Assembly: GCA_963721305.1 (NCBI GenBank)
Contig: CAVRIR010000002.1
Span: forward strand, 420,067-484,066
Direction: 5' to 3'
Source: an uncultured Acidimicrobiia bacterium
GTDB taxonomy: Bacteria > Actinomycetota > Acidimicrobiia > Acidimicrobiales > JACDCH01
DNA: 64,000 bases
Shown: one piece after another, positions 37,834 through 47,069 of the stretch
Layout: each line of letters starts with the position of its first letter
How positions within the stretch are numbered: position 1 is the stretch's first letter
Translations under genes and position numbers: made by a program
Notes under the pieces: model-generated
What the model saw: the letters and a program-made list of their open reading frames with translations, nothing else
What the model was told of the DNA's origin: nothing
The model's database searches: none

Positions 37834-38949
37834 TTGATCCGCCTCGACAAGGTCACCAAGCGCTATCCGAACGGCACCGTTGCCGTCCACGAGCTGAGTC
37901 TCGACGTGGACGATGGTGAGATCTGCGTACTCGTCGGTCCGTCCGGTTGCGGAAAGACGACGACGATGCGAATGATCAACCGCCTGATCGAGCCGACAGG
38001 TGGCCACATCTATCTCGACGGCGACGACGTCATGTCGATGAATCCGGTCGAGCTGCGGCGACGCATCGGCTACGTGATCCAGCAGATCGGACTGTTCCCG
38101 CACCAGACGATCGGCACGAACATCGCGACCGTGCCGCGCCTGCTCGGATGGCCGAAGAAGAAGGTGCGCGAGCGCGTGGACGAGCTGCTCGAGCTCGTCG
38201 GGCTCGATGCCGCGCAGTACCGCGACCGCTATCCGAGCCAGTTGTCCGGTGGGCAGCGCCAGCGGGTGGGAGTAGCGCGCGCGCTCGGTGCGGACCCGCC
38301 GGTGCTGCTGATGGACGAGCCGTTCGGCGCGATCGATCCGATCAACCGCGAGCGACTGCAGGACGAGTTCCTGCGTCTGCAGGCCGAGGTGAAGAAGACG
38401 GTCGTGTTCGTGACGCATGACATCGAAGAAGCGGTCAAGCTCGGCGATCGCATCGCGATCATGCGCGAAGGTGGTCACCTCGCGCAGTACGACTCACCTG
38501 CCGAGGTGCTCGGCAGTCCCGCGGACGAGTTCGTCGCGGACTTCGTCGGCGCCGATCGCGCGCTGAAGCGTCTGAAGGTGACGTCGATCGAGCTGTCCGA
38601 CCTCGTGCAGCCCACGGTCCTCGCGTATGACGCCGATCTCGCGGAGGCGCGGCAACGGCTGAACGCGGACGGGCAGGAGTTCGCGGTGGTGCTCGACGAC
38701 GATCGGCGGCTGCGCGGCTACCTCCGGCGCGATCGTGCCGACGGAGATGGCCGGGTCGCGCAACGGTTGCGACGGCTCGACGCGTGGGTGCGGATGTCGG
38801 ACACGTTGAAGGACGCGTTCGGCGAGGTGTTGCTGTACGACGCCGGCTGGGTCGCCGTGCTCGACGAGGAAGATCGGTTCCTCGGCGTCCTGACCCCCGA
38901 AGCGCTGTACGCAGCGACCCGTCGCAGCATCGAAGAACACCGCGACTGA
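37834..38949 (+). CDS. Osmoprotectant ABC ATP-binding protein with CBS domains
   Basis: GPSGCGKTT, LSGGQ, MDEPFGAID. Confidence 0.95.
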   Translation: MIRLDKVTKRYPNGTVAVHELSLDVDDGEICVLVGPSGCGKTTTMRMINRLIEPTGGHIYLDGDDVMSMNPVELRRRIGYVIQQIGLFPHQTIGTNIATVPRLLGWPKKKVRERVDELLELVGLDAAQYRDRYPSQLSGGQRQRVGVARALGADPPVLLMDEPFGAIDPINRERLQDEFLRLQAEVKKTVVFVTHDIEEAVKLGDRIAIMREGGHLAQYDSPAEVLGSPADEFVADFVGADRALKRLKVTSIELSDLVQPTVLAYDADLAEARQRLNADGQEFAVVLDDDRRLRGYLRRDRADGDGRVAQRLRRLDAWVRMSDTLKDAFGEVLLYDAGWVAVLDEEDRFLGVLTPEALYAATRRSIEEHRD

Positions 38950-38983
38950 CGACGTCCGGCGCCGTCGCGTCAGGCTTCCTTTG

Positions 38984-39033
38984 CGTTCTGGCGTCATATC
39001 CGGCGGATATCCGCCGCCGGTGACGCCAGAACG
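38984..39033. repeat. Palindromic REP-like element between convergent genes
   Basis: CGTTCTGGCGTCA...TGACGCCAGAACG enclosing CGGCGGATATCCGCCG. Confidence 0.75.
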
Positions 39034-39045
39034 GGCTGAAAGGCG

Positions 39046-41543
39046 TCAGTCGGGGATGGCCGGTTCGGACGGTTCCGCCGCGGCGGAGGCGCCACGGCCG
39101 GGCACCGGGATGAACGGGACGTGCTTGTGCTTCAACATCCCGCGGGACACCCAGTTGCGCTTGTCCGCCCACACGAGCATCGGCGGGAGCACGACGAGCG
39201 CGCTCAAAAGCGCGAACGACACGTTCATGGCGACGATGCGACCGAAGTCGCGCAGCAACGGCAGCGACGAGAACGACAGCACCGCGACACCGGAGATAGC
39301 CGTGAGCGCCGACACGATGAATGCGCGGCCGGTGCGTGACGCGACGACGTCGACCGCGTTCGCGCGGTTCGAGACCTCGGTCGCGTTCTTCGATGTATCG
39401 CAACAGGATCAACGACGTGAACTCGGTGCACGCGGCGACGACGAGCGGACCCCCGACCGCGGTCATCGGGACTCAACTTCAAACTGAAGACCCACGCGAC
39501 CGTCGACGCCATACCCACCGCGATGAGCACCGGTACGAGCGAGAGCAGCGACCGCACGACCGACCGCAGCCGAACCGCCAGGAACAGGAACACGAACAGG
39601 ATCGCGAGATAGGTGAGCAGGATCCGGTTGGCTTCGAGGTTGTCGAGCAGGCCGACGCCGACGACGGCCAGGCCGGACGGGGTGGCGCGGATGCCTTCCG
39701 GCGGATGGGTGTTGTCACGGACGGCGCGCACCATCGGCGCTCGGTCCTCGAGCGATCCCGGTCCGGTGCGGAACACGATGTTGAACGCGGTCTTGCTATC
39801 GGCGACGGTCGAGACCTGGATGTCCCGCGGCGCCACGTCCCATGCGGCCTCGACGTCCGGTCCCGTCGGCGCGATGTCGCTCGCGCCCGGCACGACCAGC
39901 AGATCGCCCACTGCGGACTCGATGCTGTTGGCCGTGATGATGCGGCCGGAGGGCTCATAGGTCGCCAGCACCTGGTTGGTGAACGTGTGGACGAACTGGA
40001 TGAACTGGTCGGAGAACACGTTCTCCGAGGTGACGTACACGCCCATCTCGTTGGACGAGTGCACTTGTCTCTCGACCTCGTCGATGTCCTTGATGACCTG
40101 CGAGTGCTGGTTGACCCACTGGACGGGGTCGGTCTGCAGCGTCAACTTGCCCTCGACGGTGATGCCGATGAAGAACACGGCGAGACTGAAGATGATCAGC
40201 GGCACCGCGCTCGCGGCAGGGAGCGAACCGAGCCAGACGACCAGACGACCGAGCGGCCCCTCACGGAAGTCCTTGCCCTTCGTCGGGGATCGGTACTCGC
40301 GGATGCCGAGGATGGCAAGCGGCAGGATGATCGAACACAGGCAGATGGCCGCGATGCCCACGGCCAGCAACAGGCCGAACTGGCGGATCATCGGCACCTT
40401 CGCGAAGTGCAGTGCTGCGAACGCGAAGATCGCATCGAAGGTCACGACCAGCAACGCCGGACCGAGGTTGCGCGCCGTCTCCTGGATCGGATGCTCGGCG
40501 CGGTCGATGATGACTTCTTCCTCGACGCGCGCGTGCATCTGGATCGCGTAGTCGATGCCGATGCCGAGCATCACCGGCAGCCCGGCGATCGTCACGACGG
40601 TCAGCGGTATGCCGAGATAGCCGGCGAGCCCGAAGGCCCAGATCACGCCCACGAGGACGACGAAGAGCGGCAGCAGCCGCCATCGCACGTTGAACAGCAC
40701 GAGCAGGATCACGATCATGATCGCGACGGCAATCGCACCGAGCGTGAGCATGCCGCCGCGCAGGTAGTCGTTGATCTGCTTCAACAGGATCGACGCGCCG
40801 GTCGTTGTCGTCCTCGCGTTGGGTATCTGCAGCAGGCGGTCGGCCTCCGCCTTCGCCTTCGTCGACGCGGAACCTTCCTGCTCGATCGACTGGTTGCCGA
40901 GCAGGCGCACGATCACCTGCGCGTGGGTCGCGTCGGGGAAGAAGCTGCGCAACGCCAACCGGACCTGACCCTGGTTGTCGTAGAGCAGGAACTTCACCCA
41001 CTCGGGATTGTTCAACGTCCGCTGCTCGAGCGGGATGGCGCTCAGGCGCGTCAACGTCGCGGCGTTGTCAGCGCTGCGCGCTTCGAACTGTGGCGATCCG
41101 GGCGTCTCCTTGCCCAGTGCCGTCAACGTTGCTCTGCCCGCGATGCTCGTCGTCGGGTTGCCGTCGGGGCTCGCGATGAGCGAGTTCGAGAACTCCAACG
41201 CAGTGAGCGGTGTGATGATGCCTTGGTACTGATGCGTGTTCGTCAGCGTGTCGTGGAGCGTCGTGAACCGGGCCTGGTTGTCGGCGCTCATCAACTCGTC
41301 GACCGTGTGCCCCGGGTCCATCGTGATCACGCTGAGCATGGCCTCGCCGCCGAACAGCGCCTGGTAGGCGACGTTGTCCTTGTAGACCTGGTCGCTCTTG
41401 TTCAGATAGCTGTCCTGGCCGGTCGAGAAATCGAGACGCGTGATGCCGAAGCCCAGTATCAGCGTGACGAGCAGTCCGACGACGGAGACCAATCCCGCAC
41501 GCTTGCCGAGCTCGACCGCGAGTCGAGACCAGAAGCGAGACAC
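39046..41543 (-). CDS. MMPL/RND family transporter; two frameshifts (about 39467 and 39360)
   Basis: GIGIDYAIQ; two membrane repeats; C-terminus continues in ORFs starting 39466 and 39315. Confidence 0.88.
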
Positions 41544-41569
41544 CGGTTCGGACCGTAGTCCGCCGACGG

Positions 41570-42868
41570 TCAGGGCGAAATGGTGTCGACGCCGCCGAGA
41601 TACGGGTGAAGGACCTTCGGCAGCGCTATCGAGCCGTCGGGCTGCCGGTTGTTCTCGAGCAGAGCCGCCCAGATGCGAGGCCAGGCGAGCGCGGAACCAT
41701 TGAGCGTGTGCACGATCTCGGTTCCCTTGCCGGTCTCGGGCCGATAGCGGACGTTGCCCCGGCGCGCTTGGAAATCGGCGTACCACGACACCGACGAGAC
41801 TTCGAGCCAGCGGTCGCAACCCGGCGCGAAAACCTCGAGGTCGAACGTGCGGGCACTCGAGAAGCCGAGATCACCGGCGCAGAGATCGACGACGCGATAT
41901 GGGAGGCCGAGGTCGGCGAGCAATCCCTCGGCGCGGTTCATGATGTCGGCGTGCACGTCGCCGGCCTGGTCGGCCGTGCAGTACGCGAACAGCTCGACCT
42001 TGTCGAACTCGTGCGAGCGCAACGTGCCCCGAGTGTCCGCACCCGCTGAGCCCGCTTCTCGGCGGAAGCAGGGCGTGTACGCGCAGAACCGCGTCGGCAG
42101 GGCACGAACGTCGAGGATCTCGTCACGACACAACGAGGTCAACGGCACCTCGGCCGTCGGGATCGCCCACAGATCGTCGCGCTCGAGGTGATACGCATCG
42201 TCGTCGAACTTCGGTAGGTGACCGGTCGACACCATCGTGTCGGTACGTACGAGCGTGGGCGGGCGGATCTCTTCGTACGCGTCGGTACCGGATGTGTGGC
42301 GATCGAGCGCGAGCTGCGTCAGTGCGCGCAGCAGGCGCGCGCCCATGCCTCGATACAGCACGAACATCGAGCCCGACAGCTTCACCGCCCGCTCGGCATC
42401 GAGCAGACCGAGCTCCGCGCCGATCTCCCAATGGGGAACCCGTTGATGATCGCCGTAGCTCTCGGGATCGAAGCCGACGACGCGCAGCACGACGTTGTCC
42501 TCTGCACCCGAGCCGTCAGGCGCGTCGTCGGCCGGGACGTTCGGTATGCGCAGCAACGTGTCGCGCAACTGCGTCGACAGATCCTCGTACTGCCGATCGA
42601 GCTCGCGCTCACGGTCACCGAGCACACGCGCATCTGCCTGAAGTCGTTCGGCACCGTCGGTGTCGCCGCTCGATCGAAGCATGCGAACCTCGTTCGACAC
42701 AGTGCGAACCTGCGCCCGGATGTCGTCACGGGCGGCTGCGATTCGCCGCAGCTCCTGGTCGGCCTGCGCGGCGCGGTCGACGTCGGTTCCGACAGCCGGA
42801 TCGTGCCTGCGACCGAGCGCTGCCTTGACGCCCTCGAGGTCGGTCCGCAGGCGCCGGATGTCGAGCAT
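41570..42868 (-). CDS. serS: Seryl-tRNA synthetase
   Basis: IPTAEVPL, CFRREAGS, EVSSVS, HTLNGSALA. Confidence 0.97.
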   Translation of the reverse strand: MLDIRRLRTDLEGVKAALGRRHDPAVGTDVDRAAQADQELRRIAAARDDIRAQVRTVSNEVRMLRSSGDTDGAERLQADARVLGDRERELDRQYEDLSTQLRDTLLRIPNVPADDAPDGSGAEDNVVLRVVGFDPESYGDHQRVPHWEIGAELGLLDAERAVKLSGSMFVLYRGMGARLLRALTQLALDRHTSGTDAYEEIRPPTLVRTDTMVSTGHLPKFDDDAYHLERDDLWAIPTAEVPLTSLCRDEILDVRALPTRFCAYTPCFRREAGSAGADTRGTLRSHEFDKVELFAYCTADQAGDVHADIMNRAEGLLADLGLPYRVVDLCAGDLGFSSARTFDLEVFAPGCDRWLEVSSVSWYADFQARRGNVRYRPETGKGTEIVHTLNGSALAWPRIWAALLENNRQPDGSIALPKVLHPYLGGVDTISP

Positions 42869-42943
42869 TACGGAACCGTACCTGTCTTGTTGCGACTGCC
42901 TACCCGAGTTCCAACGGCGAGTCGAGACCAGTATGGTCGCCCG

Positions 42944-43915
42944 ATGCCCGTGATCGAAGTGGACGACCTCGTTGTCCGTTACGGCGATCTCGTTGCAGTT
43001 GCAGGCGTGTCGTTCTCCGTCGCTCCGGGCGAGGTGCTCGCGCTTCTTGGTCCGAACGGCGCGGGCAAGACGTCGACAGTGGAGACGTTGGAAGGGTTTC
43101 GGCGCCCCACTTCCGGCCGTGTGCGCGTTCTCGATCTCGACCCGATCGCCGATCACGGCAAGTTGGTGCGGCGTGTGGGCGCGATGTTGCAAGCCGGCGG
43201 CGTGTATCCGGGCATCCGCCCTGCTGAAGCGGTGCGGTTGTTTGCATCGTATTACGACATAGCAGAGGATCCTGACGCGCTACTCGACCGGGTCGGATTG
43301 AGCCATCGTCGCACGACCACATGGCGCAAGTTGTCCGGAGGCGAGCAGCAGCGCCTGTCGCTCGCTCTCGCGCTCGTCGGGAAGCCCGAGGTCGTCTTCC
43401 TCGACGAGCCGACCGCAGGTATCGACGTCGCGGGACGTCAGGTCATCAGAGAGCTCATTCGCGACTTGCGGCAGTCCGGTGTCACCGTCCTCGTCACCAC
43501 CCATGACCTCGAGGAAGCGGAGCGGATCGCCGATCGCATCATGATCATCGATCGGGGCAAGGTCGTCGCCAGCGGCACACCGGCCGAGCTGATGCGATCG
43601 AGTGCCAACGACGAGATCCGGTTCGCGGCACCGCCGCAGCTCGACACCGCCAGCCTCGGTCGCGCGCTCAACGCCTTCGTCGACGAGTTGACGCCGGGTG
43701 AGTACCAGGTCGCCATGCCGCCGACGCCGGCGAACGTCGCCGCGCTGACCGCGTGGCTGGCCGAGCACGAGCTGCCGCTCGCCGACCTGCGGGCCGGCCG
43801 GCAGCGTCTCGAAGACGTGTTCCTCCGCCTGACCGCCGTGACCGGCGAGCATCCCGTCATCACCATGCAGCGCGAGCACCGCAGCCGCCACCGCCGGAGG
43901 TCGCGGTCAGGATGA
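42944..43915 (+). CDS. ABC-2 exporter ATP-binding protein (Rv1458c-like)
   Basis: GPNGAGKT, LSGGEQQR, LDEPT, LEDVFL. Confidence 0.92.
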   Translation: MPVIEVDDLVVRYGDLVAVAGVSFSVAPGEVLALLGPNGAGKTSTVETLEGFRRPTSGRVRVLDLDPIADHGKLVRRVGAMLQAGGVYPGIRPAEAVRLFASYYDIAEDPDALLDRVGLSHRRTTTWRKLSGGEQQRLSLALALVGKPEVVFLDEPTAGIDVAGRQVIRELIRDLRQSGVTVLVTTHDLEEAERIADRIMIIDRGKVVASGTPAELMRSSANDEIRFAAPPQLDTASLGRALNAFVDELTPGEYQVAMPPTPANVAALTAWLAEHELPLADLRAGRQRLEDVFLRLTAVTGEHPVITMQREHRSRHRRRSRSG

Positions 43916-44634
43916 GCGCGCTGGTCGCGCAGACGCGGGCCGAGCTGGTGCTCACGATGCGGCGGGGCGAGTCCCTGCTCCTCGTGCTCGGCATCCCGCT
44001 GCTGCTCCTCGCCTTCTTCTCGTCGGTCGACGTCCTGCCGAAGGGCAACTTCACCGATGCCGTCGACTTCCTGTTCCCCGGCATCATCGCCCTCGCAGTG
44101 ATGTCGACCGCGATGGTGCAACTCGCCATCGGCACCGCGTTCGAGCGCCAGTACGGCGTCCTCAAGCGACTAGGGATCACGCCGTTGGGCCGGCCGCGCC
44201 TGTTGACCGCGAAGACGCTGTCGATCGTCGCCATCGAGATCCTGCAGATCGTGCTGCTGCTCCTTCTGGCGCTCGCGCTCGGGTGGAGCGAGTCGGCGGA
44301 GCCCGGCGCCTTCCTGGCGGTCGCCCTCGGCACCATCGCATTTGCAGGCATTGGCCTGTTCATGGCTGGGCAGCTACGAGGTGAGGTCACGCTCGCCGCC
44401 GCCAACGGTCTGTACCTCTTGTTGCTGCTGCTCGGCGGGATGGTGGTGCCACTGTCCGAGCTTCCCGAAGGACTGCGAGTCCTCGCGGAGCTCCTGCCGT
44501 CGGGCGCGCTGTCGCAGATCCTCGTCGGAACGCTCAACGCCGGTCACAGCGTGCCGCTGCACGCGTGGGTCGTCCTCATCGTGTGGGCCGTCGTCGCGCC
44601 GGTTGCAGCCGCGAAGACGTTCCGCTGGGAGTAA
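43912..44634 (+). CDS. ABC-2 permease (Rv1457c-like)
   Basis: FERQYGVLKRLGITPLGR, TFRWE C-terminus. Confidence 0.9.
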   Translation: MSALVAQTRAELVLTMRRGESLLLVLGIPLLLLAFFSSVDVLPKGNFTDAVDFLFPGIIALAVMSTAMVQLAIGTAFERQYGVLKRLGITPLGRPRLLTAKTLSIVAIEILQIVLLLLLALALGWSESAEPGAFLAVALGTIAFAGIGLFMAGQLRGEVTLAAANGLYLLLLLLGGMVVPLSELPEGLRVLAELLPSGALSQILVGTLNAGHSVPLHAWVVLIVWAVVAPVAAAKTFRWE

Positions 44635-44644
44635 GCAGTGCGTC

Positions 44645-45091
44645 ATGCCAGCTGATCTCGATGCGGTCCGCAGGCTCGGCGCTGCGGATCATGGTCTCGT
44701 CGTCGTGTCGGTGGCGCGACCCGACGGCTCGGTGAACACGTCAGTCGTGAACGCGGGAGTGCTGCCCGATCCTGTGACTGGTGAAGACGTCGTCGGGTTC
44801 GTGGCGCGTGGCGACGCCCGCAAGCTCGACTACGTCAGAACGACTCGGCGCGCGACCGTGACGTTCCGCTCGGGTTGGCAGTGGGTCGCGGTCGAGGGTC
44901 CGGCACGCCTCGCGGGACCGGACGACGACCTACCCGGCCTGTCGCCTGACCGGATCCCGGCACTGTTGCGCGACGTGTTCATAGCCGCCGGCGGCACCCA
45001 CCATGACTGGGACGAGTACGACCGCGTCATGGCCGCGGAGCGCCGCACCGCCGTCCTCGTCTCCAATGTTGGATGGAAACGGGCGCGATAG
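44645..45091 (+). CDS. PPOX-class F420-dependent oxidoreductase
   Basis: SVVNAG, WQWVAVEG, AAGGTHHDWDEYDRVM. Confidence 0.88.
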   Translation: MPADLDAVRRLGAADHGLVVVSVARPDGSVNTSVVNAGVLPDPVTGEDVVGFVARGDARKLDYVRTTRRATVTFRSGWQWVAVEGPARLAGPDDDLPGLSPDRIPALLRDVFIAAGGTHHDWDEYDRVMAAERRTAVLVSNVGWKRAR

Positions 45092-45112
45092 CGCCCGTTT
45101 CCATCCAACATT
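45065..45112. repeat. Perfect 22-bp inverted repeat hairpin
   Basis: AATGTTGGATGGAAACGGGCGC-GATA-GCGCCCGTTTCCATCCAACATT. Confidence 0.9.
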
Positions 45113-45140
45113 CGTTGTTCTCGGAGTCAACTTTCGGGAA

Positions 45141-46061
45141 CTACGGGACCCCGCCGGGTTCGGTGGGAGCGGGGCCGTGGCGGGCGAGCTCGTCGAGCTC
45201 GTCGCGCACCGAATCCCACGTGAGGACGTCGCGTTCGGTGACGACGACGCCAGCGCGCTCCGCTTCCATGTGCCGGCTCGACCACTTGAAGAACAGGACC
45301 ATGATCAGGCCCCATATGTAGAACGCCTCGCCGAGCTTCATCATCACGCCGGCGATCTGCTGGTCCGTGACCGGGTTGATTCCCCACAGGTGAAACGGCC
45401 GGTTGTACGCGTGGTACACGGGCTGCTCGGCGAAGATGAGCCACGCCGACGGGATGGTCGGGATGATCGTCTGCACGAACAGGTAGAGCATCTGCCCGGG
45501 CAAGGACAACCGCATCTCAGGAAGCGGCCCGCACACCGGCATCCACATCAGCAGCGCGGTCGCAACGAGCATGACGTGAAGGCTGAAGTGCAACGGCGCC
45601 GACGTGACCGACGCGTTGACCACGACGGGCCAGTGGACGAACGCGAACGCCGCGTTGAACAGCACGGCGGCCGGCACCGGTCGGCACAGCCGCCGTATGA
45701 CGTTGCCCGCGAACCATCCGTCGCCGACGACGAGCCGCGCCAGCCACGTCGGTATCGCGAGCAGGAACAGCGGCGGCACCACCATGGTCAGCAGCAGGTG
45801 CTGGGCCATGTGCACCGAGTACAGGTATCGCTCGCCGATGTCGTGCATCGGCCAGTCGGCCGCGATCCACATCGTTGCGATCGCGAGGACGAACCAACCT
45901 TTCTGGCGACGGGTCACGATCGGCGAGCCGTCTCGCACGACCTTGGGTCCGATGACCGTCGTTGCGTACCACCAGCAGCCGATGATCCCCGCCATCAGCA
46001 ACCACACCTCGGGGTGGGCTCGGAACCTCCAGGGATCCACGGCGCCGATCACGTCAACCAC
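45141..46061 (-). CDS. ctaG: Cytochrome c oxidase assembly protein (caa3 CtaG-type)
   Basis: HMAQHLLL, FVHWP, DQQIAGVMMK. Confidence 0.88.
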   Translation of the reverse strand: MVDVIGAVDPWRFRAHPEVWLLMAGIIGCWWYATTVIGPKVVRDGSPIVTRRQKGWFVLAIATMWIAADWPMHDIGERYLYSVHMAQHLLLTMVVPPLFLLAIPTWLARLVVGDGWFAGNVIRRLCRPVPAAVLFNAAFAFVHWPVVVNASVTSAPLHFSLHVMLVATALLMWMPVCGPLPEMRLSLPGQMLYLFVQTIIPTIPSAWLIFAEQPVYHAYNRPFHLWGINPVTDQQIAGVMMKLGEAFYIWGLIMVLFFKWSSRHMEAERAGVVVTERDVLTWDSVRDELDELARHGPAPTEPGGVP

Positions 46062-46075
46062 ACGCGGCGCCGGGC

Positions 46076-46411
46076 TCAGCTACCGCTGAACACGTGGAAC
46101 ATCAGCAGCACCACCGTGTACACGATCACGGCGAGCAGGATCCCGGTGACGAACAACCATCGGAACACCCGGGAGTCGAACCGCAGGTGCATGAAGAACA
46201 TGGCGACCGTGGCGAACTTGATCACCATCGCCACGATCAGGATGATCGCGTACGGCAGGAAGTTGATGTCGAGGTAGTAGAGGGCGACCTCCGCGCCGGT
46301 GACGAGCGCCAAGAATAGTGCGACCAGCACGTACTCCATGTCGCCCGGGTGCGCATGCTCGTGTTCGTCATGCGGCGTCTCGGTCGTCGTTACCTCGGTC
46401 GACGAAGCCAT
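46076..46411 (-). CDS. Cytochrome c oxidase subunit IV family protein
   Basis: LVTGAEV, KFATVAMFFMHLRFD. Confidence 0.88.
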   Translation of the reverse strand: MASSTEVTTTETPHDEHEHAHPGDMEYVLVALFLALVTGAEVALYYLDINFLPYAIILIVAMVIKFATVAMFFMHLRFDSRVFRWLFVTGILLAVIVYTVVLLMFHVFSGS

Positions 46412-46430
46412 CAGCGATGTCCCTCCGCAC

Positions 46431-47069
46431 TCACGGGATCAGATAGACGACGGTGAAGATGACGATCCACACCACGTCGACGAAGTGCCAGTACAAGCCG
46501 ACGATCTCGACGACCTCTGACCGTTCCTGGGGCAGCTTCCCTCGCAAGGACATCACGAACAGCGACATGAGCATGAGGATGCCGACGCTCACGTGGACGC
46601 CGTGGAAGCCGGTCAGCGTGTAGAAGGAGGACGACGCCGTGTTGGTCGTGTAGCCCATGCCTTCCTTGACGAATGACGTGAACTCGTAGATCTGGCCCGA
46701 GATGAACGTTGCGCCGAGCAGCGCCGTGGTCACCAGCCAGACGCGGCACCGATGGTGATCACCGCGTTGCAACGCGGACAGCGCGAGCACCATCGTCATC
46801 GAGCTCATCAGCAGCACGAACGACGACACCGACGTGAACGGGATGTCGTAGAGATTGTGCGGAATCGGACCCTGCACCGCGGTTCGCTTGTACAGCAGGT
46901 AGGTCGAGATGAGACCGCCGAACAGCAGGCACTCCGATCCGAGGAACACCCACATGCCGAGCTTCTGGTTCGAGACCCCGGTCTGGGTCCAACCGTGCTC
47001 ACCCGGCTTGGGCTCGTGGTGTCCGAGCTGCTGTTGTCCGACGGGTGCCGTGTGTTCGACCGCGGTCAT
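46431..47069 (-). CDS. ctaE: Cytochrome c oxidase subunit III
   Basis: GMWVFLGSE, TGFHGVHV, YWHFVDVVW. Confidence 0.95.
   Translation of the reverse strand: MTAVEHTAPVGQQQLGHHEPKPGEHGWTQTGVSNQKLGMWVFLGSECLLFGGLISTYLLYKRTAVQGPIPHNLYDIPFTSVSSFVLLMSSMTMVLALSALQRGDHHRCRVWLVTTALLGATFISGQIYEFTSFVKEGMGYTTNTASSSFYTLTGFHGVHVSVGILMLMSLFVMSLRGKLPQERSEVVEIVGLYWHFVDVVWIVIFTVVYLIP

Noticed and set aside
39321-41558. Long opposite-strand ORFs (e.g. 745 aa here, 621 aa at 59683, 565 aa at 42218)
   Set aside because: Antisense shadows of high-GC genes with no motifs; only the 3' part of the 42218 ORF is the real ABC ATPase.
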